Assembly: GCF_963853765.1 (NCBI RefSeq)
Contig: NC_088861.1
Span: 21,484,281 to 21,548,280 of the forward strand
Length of the DNA: 64,000 bases
DNA from: Magallana gigas
Lineage: Eukaryota
Direction of reading: 5' to 3'
In this document: positions 29,675 through 40,739 of the stretch, piece by piece
Numbering within the stretch: position 1 is the first letter of the stretch
Layout of the letters: each line of letters starts with the position of its first letter
The notes under the pieces: model-generated
Seen by the model: the letters and a program-made list of their open reading frames with translations, nothing else
Databases searched by the model: none
What the model was told of the DNA's origin: nothing
Translations under genes and position numbers: made by a program

Positions 29675-29846
29675 GCATGATAGATGCTGGTCTTGGAGAG
29701 ATGCATGTGAATAGTTTATTGTCTGCTATGAATATTCCAACAATACCACCCAAGAGCATTAAGTGCAGAGAAAGAGAAATTGTACCTCATCTAGCAGACA
29801 TGGCAGAGGAGACCTGCAGGAAAAGTTTGGAGGAAGAAGTTAGATT
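29675..29846 (+). CDS. Exon: (G)MIDAGLGEMHVNSLLSAMNIPTIPPKSIKCREREIVPHLADMAEETCRKSLEEEVR(L)
   Basis: Acceptor GATTGTAG|GC, donor TT|GTACGT. The phase is consistent with both the previous exon (1 nt carried) and the next exon (2 nt carried). Confidence 0.6.
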
Positions 29847-29978
29847 GTACGTATATTATTGAGTTAACTTTTAAAGAAAATCACTGACTGTTGTTATTTA
29901 ATTTTTCCCTCTATATGCTACCACAGAAACCAAATATTTAATATATAACCAGAAAATATGCATTTGTTACTTTATTAG

Positions 29979-30058
29979 AAGTGATGGAAATTTAACAGCA
30001 AGTTTCGACGGAGCGTGGCAAAAAAGAGGTACAGGCCGTGCTTACAACAGTTTGCCAG
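29979..30058 (+). CDS. Exon: SDGNLTASFDGAWQKRGTGRAYNSLP (candidate catalytic-Asp motif SFDGAW)
   Basis: Acceptor TGTTACTTTATTAG|A (pyrimidine-rich), donor CCAG|GTTGAGT. Phase consistent on both sides. Confidence 0.6.
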
Positions 30059-30178
30059 GTTGAGTACAAATTTTGATTTAGTTATTGTCCCGGTGACAAA
30101 TGAAAATTTGATTTTATAAAGGGTTACCTAGTATTGGATGTTTTTTACATCCAAAGTTTAATATATTTGATAATGCAG

Positions 30179-30432
30179 TGAACCAAAGAGGTTTCCTCTT
30201 GCATAAGACAGTTTTGGTTAATATTATTATAGGACATGCAACTTTGATTGGAGAGTCCACAAAAAAGTGTCTAGGGTTTTCCGTGATGAGAAAACGCTGT
30301 AGGATTTGTACAAATGCTAGGAAGAAGGGAGTCCCCCCAAGAAAACATGCATGCTCATGCAGCTCTGCAAAGTCCATGGAGCCAGCTATGGCCTGTGAAA
30401 TGCTTCAAGACATAATGAATACAGGAAAGCAG
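30179..30432 (+). CDS. Exon: (V)NQRGFLLHKTVLVNIIIGHATLIGESTKKCLGFSVMRKRCRICTNARKKGVPPRKHACSCSSAKSMEPAMACEMLQDIMNTGKQ
   Basis: Acceptor TGATAATGCAG|TG, donor CAG|GTATTT. 84 codons open. It includes a Cys-rich insert, C..C...C.C.C. Confidence 0.6.
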
Positions 30433-30526
30433 GTATTTCTGAAATGAAGAAACAGTATCACTTTTTGATGTGTATATGATAATGTAAAATATGGTTTTAT
30501 TTTTTTTTTTAAATGATGAATTGAAG

Positions 30527-30790
30527 GTCAACACTTTGGTCATGGACAATGATTCTACCACGATTGCGAGGGTCAAAGCCACTGTGGATCCTAACATCAG
30601 AAAGAAGTGCAATTATAGTAATCATACTCGCAAAGGTTTCACAGGCAAGCTAGTTGATATGAGTAACACCTTCAAAGCATTGAAAAATGTTAAAGTTCGG
30701 GGTCATGTGGAGAGATGCTTTATGTATTGTGTCAAACAAAATCAACACAGCTTGAAGAAGATCTGCAAAAGATTGTTCCTCATCTGTATG
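30527..30790 (+). CDS. Exon: VNTLVMDNDSTTIARVKATVDPNIRKKCNYSNHTRKGFTGKLVDMSNTFKALKNVKVRGHVERCFMYCVKQNQHSLKKICKRLFLICM (donor at 30786 or 30791)
   Basis: Acceptor T-rich..GAATTGAAG|GTC in phase 0 with the previous exon. The motif LVMDNDSTT resembles the second catalytic Asp strand (DNAS-type) of RNase-H-fold transposases. A (TA)n microsatellite follows in the intron. Confidence 0.55.
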
Positions 30791-30795
<5 letters not shown>

Positions 30796-30875
<80 letters not shown>

Positions 30876-30893
30876 TATATAGAGAGAGAGATC
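30796..30893. repeat. (TA)n(GA)n microsatellite in an intron of the exonuclease gene
   Basis: Direct read. Confidence 0.95.
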
Positions 30894-30995
30894 TGTGCTA
30901 AGTTTTGAAACATTAAATATAAATACATGTTTAGTACATGTATTAAAGTTCATCTTGTTTAGATATTGACTGCAATTTATCAAATTTGATTTCAG

Positions 30996-31071
30996 GTGAA
31001 CATGACAAATGTGGGGCATGGTGCAGGAGTGAAAAATCAGGCTACGTACAAGCCAAGGAATTTGCCATATG
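30996..31071 (+). CDS. Candidate exon (frame ambiguous: CEHDKCGAWCRSEKSGYVQAKEFAI or VNMTNVGHGAGVKNQATYKPRNLPY)
   Basis: Acceptor TTTGATTTCAG|GTG, donor ATATG|GTAAGC (strong). Both frames are open. The frame depends on which donor ends the previous exon. Confidence 0.4.
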
Positions 31072-31161
31072 GTAAGCCTCTGACAGATCAGCCATTACGT
31101 GTTGCCCTGGAAGACCTTTTAAAGTATATGCTTGAAAAGTCGAGGAATTGGCCACTTTAGG

Positions 31162-31222
31162 ATCCACGCAAAGTAACGAAAATTTCAACCATATGGTAGC
31201 AAGCAAAGCACCAAAAAGAATG
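31162..31222 (+). CDS. Candidate exon: (G)STQSNENFNHMVASKAPKR
   Basis: Acceptor CCACTTTAG|G, donor AAT|GTAAGT (perfect). It is phase-consistent only with the VNMTNV frame of the preceding exon. The link to the next identified exon at 32543 is unresolved. Confidence 0.3.
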
Positions 31223-32542
31223 TAAGTTTACTGAAAAAGAATCACAAGTGCAAGTATTCTAGTAAATAATATTTCATACTACATGCTTTAAGTACATGTA
31301 TTTGAGACACACACAATTATGATGAGAGGTTTTATGGCAGATCTGAGAGTCTAAAAACAAGAGTTTCAGCCACTGTATGCCAAAAGAATGAGGGTTACAA
31401 ATATATCACTGTGGTAGAACTGTTAATTGCAGATGCAGTTTAGATTGACAGATTGTTTTAATAACTTTTTTATTTAGAATTACCTTTTGTTTGTTTTATT
31501 GTTGTTAATTTTGATTTCATAAATATTCGATTGCCAGATTGTAATACATGTATGAATCTGCCTGCACACATACACACTTATATGTTTTTATATATCTTGT
31601 TACCTAGTGCTACCCAAAATATATAATATGCTTATAATATTTATGAATGTATTTTGTTCCATGAAAATGTATATTTGCAAACTGGTCATATTGCGTAATT
31701 TTTCACTTTATTTTTCAGTTGTTCATATATTTGAAATCATAATAATTGTTATTAAATTATTACTAACATATCAAATAATTTCAGAGAGCCTTTTTTTTTA
31801 ATCCAGCATTCCATGTAATTTTGAATGAATTTTTGATTTTTATGTTTAATACATGTATATTGCTAGAAATAATACATGTTCATGACATTTTAACATGTAA
31901 TGAATAGTTATCCTTAATGAATTTGAATTACGTGTTAATTTCTATGTAGTTGAAGTAATTAATAAATAAGTGTTTTTCTGTCTTTTAAAGTAGATCCAGT
32001 GTTCTGTGACGTCACACTTTTTTGTAAAACTTTGAATTCTTTAAAAATTGTGCAAGATAGTTTTATTTATTTCATGTGAATATAATCACATGGATGTAAT
32101 TAGAATTATTGGTAGGTTCAAGATATTTTCGCACTTAATTTTATACTAAATTTCCAAATTTTTATATATTTTATCTATGCAAAGGGGAAATAACTCTTTT
32201 TCTGACTTTTCTCTTAGTTGTATGTCTAAATGCTATAATTTTTCTTATTCCAACGATTAATTTTAAAACATTTTTGTAATTTTAGTTTTCTGATAAAGTT
32301 GACATTAAAATTAAACAAGAAAAACAAATTTCTGCCTACAAGATTTTACTTTTAACAAAAAAAAATACATTTTTCTAATGCTAAAATATGCTTTAGTTCA
32401 TGTTTATCTGGCATCTCAAAAAGTGTGATGACATGTATATTTTTTCTAACAATTGATGACATTTAAGTCTATTAAGTCGAAATCAGTTCGGTTTTTCAAC
32501 TTTCCTCAGAGAATTTTACGAGTATGGAGCTACCTTAATTAG

Positions 32543-32702
32543 CTTAACAAGAGGTGTCAGATGTCTCCCGGCAGATTTACGGTAAAATACACCCCAAAAC
32601 TGGCAAATTCATTAAAAAGGAAGCGGTTACTTCAAGCCCAACGCAGTGCCAAACTGAAGAGTGAAAGGTTATCAAAAGATGCTACTCACTCAGTGCTTGA
32701 GG
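32543..32702 (+). CDS. Exon: LNKRCQMSPGRFTVKYTPKLANSLKRKRLLQAQRSAKLKSERLSKDATHSVLE (basic, NLS-like)
   Basis: Acceptor CTTAATTAG|CTT directly after an in-frame TAG, donor GAGG|GTAAAT. 53 codons open. Confidence 0.55.
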
Positions 32703-32821
32703 GTAAATAAAATACATGTACATGTACTTATTTCACACTGTATATAATGGCAATTTTTGTTAAGCTAGAGCATATCATATCATGATTGCAATGTATAAAA
32801 GTTGTTCCAAATTTTTTTTAG

Positions 32822-32959
32822 GTGAAACCTACAGCACCAATATTGGATTTAATGAATGTACTGACAAAGAGGACATCACCATTCCGTCAAAAGAGTTCTC
32901 CGTAGACAGCAGTTCCTTGATAGTTTTTTTACCTAGAAACTACAGGATTAGGTTAGTTT
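32822..32959 (+). CDS. Exon: (G)ETYSTNIGFNECTDKEDITIPSKEFSVDSSSLIVFLPRNYRIRLV(Y)
   Basis: Acceptor TTTTTTTTAG|GT carries 1 nt from the previous exon. The weak donor T|GTAGTA at 32960 gives a phase compatible with the final exon. Confidence 0.5.
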
Positions 32960-33045
32960 GTAGTAACCTTTGTTATGTATGCGTAATTGATATTTGATTA
33001 CAAATTATTTGGAAGGATAAGTGTACTTTTTACATTATATTGCAG

Positions 33046-33527
33046 ATTATTGCACATCAGACATCCTCCAAATCGCTTGTGTGTGTGGGGAGAGAGAGCT
33101 TAGCGTCTATACAAGACCAACCTGTACTATCAGTATTGGTGCCTCAGCTGCCACAGGATTAACATATTATGGAGGAGTTCTAAAGCTGAAGGGAGAAGCT
33201 GTTGATTCGTTAACAATTTTCGAAGGACTTGAACAGTTTATTGCATTTGTTTCGAGTTTTCCAAAAGCAGTTTTGATTGGACATAATATCATAAGTTTTG
33301 ATATCCCTGTGCTTATGCATAATCTTTCCAAGCACAACCTACTTGAGAGATTTCAAGAAATTGTTTTTGGATTTGTTGATACTCTCAAGTTGTCCAAAAG
33401 GATTTATCCAAAAGCAGAAATGGGTAATTACAGGCAAGAAAACCTTGTCCAGAAACTTCTGGGAGAAACATACAATGCGCACAATGCAGTTTCAGACGTA
33501 GAAGTTCTCCAAAGACGAAAAACTTAA
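33046..33527 (+). CDS. Final exon: DnaQ-like DEDDh 3'-5' exonuclease domain
   Basis: Acceptor TTATATTGCAG|AT. Translation: YCTSDILQIACVCGERELSVYTRPTCTISIGASAATGLTYYGGVLKLKGEAVDSLTIFEGLEQFIAFVSSFPKAVLIGHNIISFDIPVLMHNLSKHNLLERFQEIVFGFVDTLKLSKRIYPKAEMGNYRQENLVQKLLGETYNAHNAVSDVEVLQRRKT*. Exo II motif H-N-x-x-x-F-D and Exo III motif H-x-A-x-x-D lie about 66 aa apart, and the DILQIACV helix follows the expected Exo I position. No canonical D-x-E Exo I motif was found. Confidence 0.7.
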
Positions 33528-34654
33528 AGTTAACTGTAATGGTGAAGATCTTGTTAGACCGTCTTATTACAGCTGCAAGTCATTGTTAGAGCCTCTTGTT
33601 AAGATGAAGGTTATTTCTGCAGCAACTATGAGTAAGCTAGTGGGACTTTCCTTGAATTTAGCCAAGCTTAAAATTATTCACAAGCTGACCCCAACAATGG
33701 CATAAGAAATGTTTTCAGTGACCCAATTGCTAATTCCAGAAGATGCAAGGTGTCAAAATCAAAAGCAGTTATTGAGAAAGTTATGCAATATCTTTTAAAC
33801 ATCTGAAATGCTTTTAGGCTGTTTGTACACTGAAGCTCATTAGAAATTTTGTTTTACACATGTTTTTGTCAAGGTGTCAATCAAATAAAAGAATGTAAAA
33901 TTTTTACAGTGAACTGTGCAATTATTTATCGCTTCTAGATATTATGATTGAATCAAAAGCTTTTCTGCAGCTTGTATGAAGGCAGTTCTTTGTAAGTGGT
34001 ATTGAATTAAGATCATGTACTAAATTTTTGTTACTAAACATGCACTCATTTGGTTTGACCTGTTGGTATAAAATGCATATGGTAATGAGAAAATATTCAT
34101 TTAATTTTCTTGAGGTATTTACCATGTTCCATTTGCATGATGAATTATTAAGGCACATTGTATTTTATTATGTACAACATGTAATTTATATTGTATTATA
34201 TGTGTTGCACAATCGCTAACATAACATACCCTGAAAAGTTATTAAAATATTGTTAATTGAGAAATTACTAAGTTTTATTTCATTTTATCTATTTTTAAAC
34301 TTAAATTAATTGTGAAAAACTTGTAAACATTTTAAATAAACTCAGATTTCATGTACATTGAAAGAAGTGATATTTCATGATTTTTGGAGAAAAAAAATTT
34401 GGGGGGTATACTTGTAAAAGTAAACCGTCAACATATATTTTTTTTAAGAAAATTTCTTTTCTTAGATGCTAATCTGTGAAATAAAATCAATTAATTTCAC
34501 TTTGAGTCCATAAAACTTGAAATATAACCCGAATTTATCTCTGCAATGTAAAATTTTGCAATTTATTTTGACAAATTTTGCCTCATATATGACACATTAG
34601 AAGAATATTTAATAACATTTTTCCAAAAAATGATTAATATATGATTAAACTAGA

Positions 34655-34780
34655 ACTGTCCTAATGGGACTAATACCCCCGCAAGGCTAATTTCAAATGG
34701 GACAAATAATTAAATTGAATAATAAAGGTTTGGAACACATACAAAAAAAGTTAATTCTAGAATTGTAAAAAAAAAAATTG
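34655..34780 (+). repeat. Interspersed repeat R2, copy 2 (copy 1 at 13335-13462)
   Basis: CTAGAACTGTCCTAATGGGACTAATACCCCCGCAAGGCTAATTTCAAATGGGACAAATAATTAAATTGAATAATAAAGGTTTGGAAC..TTCTAGAATTGTAAAAAAAAAAATTG. Confidence 0.5.
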
Positions 34781-34784
34781 TTAA

Positions 34785-35587
34785 AGCTATACACGCTATA
34801 ATTTGCGTCAATTTTGATTAAAGGGGAAAATGTATGTGTTTGATTACAAATAAAAGTTACCTTTATTCTGTTAATTATAATGCTAAATTCGATCACATAA
34901 CAAATATATCAAATATTAAACAATAAAAAATATTTATTTTCCTGCCAGGAAAGTAATGCCTCCTCGTGAATATCAATCTATATCACGTGATATCGACAGC
35001 TAAATTTAGCCTATCATACCAAAACTGGTGAAGGGTCAACATCTTCATAATAGTGATAGTTTCGCAAAGGAAAGGATATTTTCAGTAAAGCATAAATTTG
35101 TCCGATATACGAGTACAAACAAAAGAAAAAAATACAAGCCTGTGAGTAGATTTGATTACCTCCTTTAAAAAAATGACGTAGACCTGTGTTTTTCCCCATG
35201 TGCTATTTATAGATCCTATAAGTGTTAACGCAGAAGTAAGGGTATCGTGAATGACAAACGTATTTTACTCATTATACATGTATGTATTTCAAATTAACAA
35301 TTGTTAAGCATATTAAAATTCAAGTTGGATATTTAATTAGGCAAACAATAACGACCACCTAGTTCTCCACGGACATGCGCAATGAGGTCGGTTTGCTCTT
35401 CCTTCATCAATATTCATGAAAAGGTATATTTTCATGGCAGGAAAATAAACAATTAAAAATCGATATCTTTGTAACGAGATGGAATTCACCCTTGTAATTT
35501 ACAGATTAAGGATAACTTTTATAAGTAGACAAACACATGCGTTTTCACTGTCATTCAAAATTGACGTAAATTATAGCGTGTATAGCT
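34785..35587. mobile_element. ~0.8-kb MITE with ~100-bp TIRs, flanked by TTAA on both sides
   Basis: Left end TTAA|AGCTATACACGCTATAATTTGCGTCAATTTTGATTAAAGG... Right end ..CATTCAAAATTGACGTAAATTATAGCGTGTATAGCT|TTAA. The arms 34790-34895 and 35485-35587 are reverse complements at about 85% identity, which explains the mirrored ORFs MIEFSIIINRIKVTF (minus) and MEFTLVIYRLRITF (plus). A TTAA flank suggests a piggyBac-like target. Confidence 0.55.
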
Positions 35588-35591
35588 TTAA

Positions 35592-36180
35592 GAAAGAAAA
35601 ATTAAAATCAAAATTGTCAGAATTTCACTGTAAATACATATCTATAACAGTAATACATTAACAAATGTATGTATCTGATGATATTTTTTTTAATTTAATT
35701 GATTTAAAGAAAAACCAACAAAATGATAATAACCCCTCCCTTTGCAGTTAATGGAAATACTAGTAGCCAAGCAATGCTATTCTGTTGATAAAACTTTCAA
35801 TATCTTTCTAATAGGAGTCTTGACAGATGCAATTAGTTGTTTCAAATTTCCTCACTTTCTCCTATGGCACAATGGAACTCCATATCAGAAAATTGATCCC
35901 ATAGGACTATGATTTTCTTTGATGAGCTTGTTAAATTTAATAAACTCCCAAAACATTACCATAATTACCATACTATGTAAAATTATGAAAAAAAGAAAAT
36001 TTAATATTACAAACAATTTTAAAATTGCCAAAACACTACAATCATATCAGTGATTTTGAATTTCATTTCAATTAATGCCCAATAGGGTCACTTCATCAAT
36101 TTAGTTGACTAATAAATTTTAACTTCTAAAAATAGTTTAACTTCTTTATTAATAATGATATTATTTATTTCCTTATAATG
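35592..36180 (+). repeat. Interspersed repeat R3, copy 2
   Basis: Collinear with 14175-14720. Confidence 0.6.
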
Positions 36181-36699
36181 ATAGAAACTTTTGGTTTACA
36201 TGAAACAGTTTTAAAATAGCCCCAAAACCATCACCCATTATACAGATTATCAATTTTCCCTAAACACATGGGCCATTTGAACCATGGCTCAGATAATGAC
36301 TCCCTTGGGACAAATGAATTCAGCCACACTTGTCGTTGATGTTCTTATTAGCTCCTAAGAATTCATCATTGACAAACAAAAACTTTGCATTGTCAGTTGA
36401 AAGAATACTTATAAAAAATAATTTTTTTTATTAATTAAGACATAAAGACAAAAAATCTCCATCTGGATGTATTTATATAAAAATATTATAGAGTGTTTTA
36501 ATACTATTAATTAATTAATAAAATCTGTAAGGATTACCTCCCTTACTTTTCAACATCAGTGTACAATATATAGAATAAGGAAAATGAAAACTGTCATAAA
36601 ATCAATAAATCATGTCTGATCTTAAAAAAATTGCAGGTGCACATCTTCAGATGGTGTTCAACATATGTACAAATTTTCAAACTGTTCCATGCAGTAATA

Positions 36700-37420
36700 A
36701 AAAATTCTATAAACAGGGTATTATTTTAACTCGGAATAATTATTTAACTCGAAATTTAAAGAATAACAAAAATCGAGCAACTAAGTCCCCTGAGATGTTT
36801 GTAAAGCTCAATAAGGAAAAAATGTAGCTTAGTTTTCTTCATTCTAAGTCTAATGCAGTATAGTAGCAGTAAACATTTTGTTTATTTGTACTACATGTAT
36901 GTATCCTCCCTCTCAGATAATGTATATGATTATCAATATCCTTTCAAATGCTTAACAAAGTGTTTTGCTTATGTATGGTTTATTCTATATTAATTTATTT
37001 GTTTATTTCATATGTTTGTGTTATTTTTTATTTTGTTTGTTTTCATTTTTATTTGTAAACAATACTGTTGGCGGTGTACTCTGGGTTAGATGAGAATTTC
37101 GCTTGGTTAGTTGGCGCATGCCCAAAGGGGTTAGTTGCCGCTCGGCGGCGACTAACCCCTTTGAGCATGCGCCGATTTTCTTGTTTAGATTTATAATAAA
37201 TCCCCCTAAAAACTGTAAATCTCCATCTCTAATGTCAGTAAATCCTCGCGTTGTACTAATGAATTTTACGGTAACTGACATGATATAGAAGCATTTGAAC
37301 TGCCACACACACGTAAATGCAATAGCATATTACATCCAGATCCTGCCTCGGTCTTCAATGCCAAATCCATCGATGTTTTACGGAGTTCTGTGAGCAGACG
37401 AATTGCAAATCAAGATAATC
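36700..37420 (-). repeat. Arm A of a large inverted duplication (partner 45568-46272)
   Basis: Reverse-complement match of about 720 bp at more than 97% identity. It includes the 95-aa ORF 37021-37308 and a 64-bp palindrome at 37100-37170. Confidence 0.75.
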
Positions 37421-38468
37421 TCTGTAACTACGTACCATTTGCCTACCTCGGTCACGATACTGTGGGTTTTCCGATATCGGTGGTCAAACAGAGGCATTAC
37501 GCAGCGCAACTTGCATTACGAGGTCCTATCAAACATCCTTCAGTCCTAGCAGAAGTTTAAACTGAGCGTCACTTCCTATTTGTGTGACGTCACATTTCCT
37601 TAGTATGGCAGAGTCAAATAGATCGGCGGATCCATTCTCTAACTTGCCACCACAATGTATATAATTTATTTGATACGGAATGTTGACAATAATTATACAC
37701 ACAAAAATAAACTAACATTCTTTTGCAGGTATCAATGAAATTGGAGGTATATATAGCAACGTTATACATATTTTCTTTCTTTGTTTCAGTAAATCATATT
37801 TGTCTGTTCGTTTGTTATAGATTTAAATTTTGAACTGCTGCAGGATTTGCCTGTACATTTATGTGTTTCTTTCATTCTTGTTCCGTTAATTAGCATGCAT
37901 TGTTCATTGTGCATTGTTTATTAATTATATGATTAAATCATATCTAAAATACCGAGATGGCTTAAAATTTAACCTACATACGTGTATAGATAAAAAATGG
38001 AAAAGAGTCTATCGATTCCACTACACTTAATAAAAATGCCTATCTGAAGTTGCATCTTCGATAAACTACCTGGTATCGTAATGTTTATAATATATACATG
38101 CATGTATCATTTTCAATGGTGCGATGTCCAGATAATATTTTTATGTCTGCATTACGTGCATTTATATATAAAATAGTTTTTCAGTTTTCTTTTCTAGGAT
38201 CCTGCCATCTTTTTACGTCAATTCTTAGAGTGTCCCCGACTTGCATTGAAACATGTCCGAAGAGCAGTTCAAAAATATATCCATAAGAAGAAGAAAACCG
38301 GTCTCGAAAACATGAGAATCCAGGATCCGCCAGCCCATTTTCACTCATTTAAAATGCCACAATTTAGCGACAAAAAATCCAAGTACAAGCAATTCGTGAC
38401 GTAGAATTTGATTGTGACGTCCGATCACGGCAATATCTATAATAATTTTGCACAGAGACTGGGTTTTA

Positions 38469-38473
<5 letters not shown>

Positions 38474-38528
<55 letters not shown>
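38474..38528. repeat. (GA)n microsatellite
   Basis: Direct read. Confidence 0.95.
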
Positions 38529-38532
<4 letters not shown>

Positions 38533-38829
38533 GTTTCATGAATTCTATTAACTCTTAACCCCTTTCTATATATAGAATCCTTTTAATTTGGCCTCTATAA
38601 TCTGCTATGCTTGTAGAATAATCAATATACCCCGCTTTAAGATAGAAATGCATGTTTCTGTGTTTTATACATGTGTGTGCCAGTGTGCGGGGGGTGTGTT
38701 GTGTCTGTGCACCTTCTTGTCCGCACTCTACTCTCTTTTGTGAGTTTGTCTTTACAGCGTGTTACTTGTTCATGATTTGGATTATGTACTCTGCTTCAGC
38801 TTAGCAATGCATGTTTAATCACGTTTGTT

Positions 38830-38995
38830 TCTGTAGTATATGCACCCTCTGATCCTTAAACACCCTCTGTAGTATGCTAGCTAGCTTTGTAACATAACTG
38901 CATAGTGTGCGCTTTTGTGCATATGCGAATGGGTCACTAACCAGCTAATCCAAGCACTATGGACACTGGGGGTTCTAGCTAGTGCTATCGAATCA
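38830..38995 (+). repeat. Inner inverted-repeat arm (partner 44060-44225)
   Basis: GTAGTATATGCACCCTCTGATCCTTAAACACCCTCTGTAGTATGCTAGCTAGCTTTGTAACATAACTGCAT.GTGTGCGC..TTGTGCATATGCG.ATGGGTCACTAACCAGCTAATCCAAGCACTATGGACACTGGGGGTTCTAGCTAGTGCTATCGAATC is the reverse complement of 44060-44225 at about 97% identity. Confidence 0.7.
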
Positions 38996-40739
38996 AATCT
39001 CACATTTGTTTAACACCGAAATAGAGTTCCTTTCGCGTTTTGGTCTGTAATTCTTTGAATAAAGAAAAAATCAGATTTTATTTGTAGGAATAAATTCTGT
39101 CCCTACTGTACATAATTTACATGTACACCAGAATAAACTGATTTTGACAGTTTATGCGTTATAAACCGCCAAGCGGTTGATAAGAATAGTTTACAAATTG
39201 TTTCAAACTTGTTTACTAGCATATTATATGAATCCTATTTCATTTAAACGATAAATGGTCACATCAAAAGTCAATCTTCTACCATGCTTTACTGGCATTG
39301 TTCGATTTAAGGAATAAGGAATCATTCTTTGGGTATTATGAGGTGATAATTTTGGTCGCGGCCTGATCAAATCCAATAAAGCCCGAAGGGCTTTATGATA
39401 TATTCAATATTTAAAGAATGATTCCTTATTACTTATATGATATAATTTTCAGCAATTGTATGATTAAATATTTGAATATTAATAAGGAAACGCCCCTTGC
39501 GCCCCAATTATACGTCTTTTGAATTTATTGGACTGTAAAGTACAAAATCGATACGTAGTGTTATCACGGGCAAAGACACTGAAAAATGTAAATATATTTT
39601 ATTACCTAAGAGAAGTTCTTGTCACTGAATCATTGAGCAGTTGAAAGAGGATTGTAATATATTGACCATTGTTTGCGGCTATGAAATTCAGTAGAGCTTC
39701 GGGAAAGGGACTAAAACTTAACATATGACGTACTTTGAGTGCACCATAGTCCTAAGATAGCCTTATGATTATACCTACTGTATACCTGTAGCTTTTAAAA
39801 CTTCATAATTTCCTGAAAGAAAGTTCCCGCCGACTTTCTTGATTGATGCATAAGTTGTTGTTTAGTAAAAAATGTTTACAATTAATGTTTATAACGTTGA
39901 ACGAGAAAATAAGCACCACCTTTAAATGAAGTGTTTCAGTTCATATGCTATTTTCCTAGTTGAGGAATGCATTTAATATTTATTAGTTTTATACCATACC
40001 GGTATAAAATAGCTTGGAATACTTTGCGCTTTCTTACTATTGAATTCAGCTTTAACTAATTGAATAAGAAAACAGTTTTTACCTTTAAAATGACATCAAA
40101 TTGTACAAAATCCAAATTTAACGTCAGTCTGATTGATACCGTCCAACTATGATGGAGGCAACTTTAAATAAAGATATGATATGAAATATTTATCTACCCA
40201 GTCAGAAAAGCGTTACAGCTAGAATTAAATTATAAAATGGAATCGTCATTGTTGTGACAATATGCCTCCTTGAATTTGGAAACAAAATTAATTTAATCTT
40301 AACCTTCAGAGTCAGACAATTTCTTAAAAACTGCCATTTCAGATTTTTGTTTCAAAGAGGCAAATTTTTAAAAAAAATCTAACTTTGGAAAAAAAAATAA
40401 TACTTTTGAAATGTAAGAACTTGGAGCTAAATTTTCTCTAAATGAGTCATGTCTAGATTACAAAGAATAATCTCGCCCTGACCAGGCTACGCTCAGGTCA
40501 CAGTAAGAATTCGTCCCATACCTTGCAATGAAGCAGCCGCGAAGCGGATCTGCTTCGCGACGATTTTAAGTCTCTTTAAAAATAGTCTACAGGAGAAAAC
40601 GCATTTTTATACGTGTGTATAATGAACCTTTTTAAAACAATTATTAATATATGTAGTTAAGTCCACAAAATATGCATTTAATGAGTCCTACCAAGGCATT
40701 TAGATAATTTATTTAAACAATAAAATGCTTTCTTTGGTG

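Noticed and set aside
33298-33501. Overlapping 67-aa ORF in an alternative frame of the exonuclease exon
   Set aside because: The main frame carries the conserved Exo II and Exo III motifs, so the alternative frame is coincidental.
37021-37308. 95-aa ORF conserved (1 aa difference) between 37021-37308 (-) and 45676-45963 (+)
   Set aside because: The conservation reflects about 97% DNA identity of the inverted duplication, not selection. The ORF spans a 64-bp palindrome, is low-complexity at its C-terminus and has no recognisable domain.
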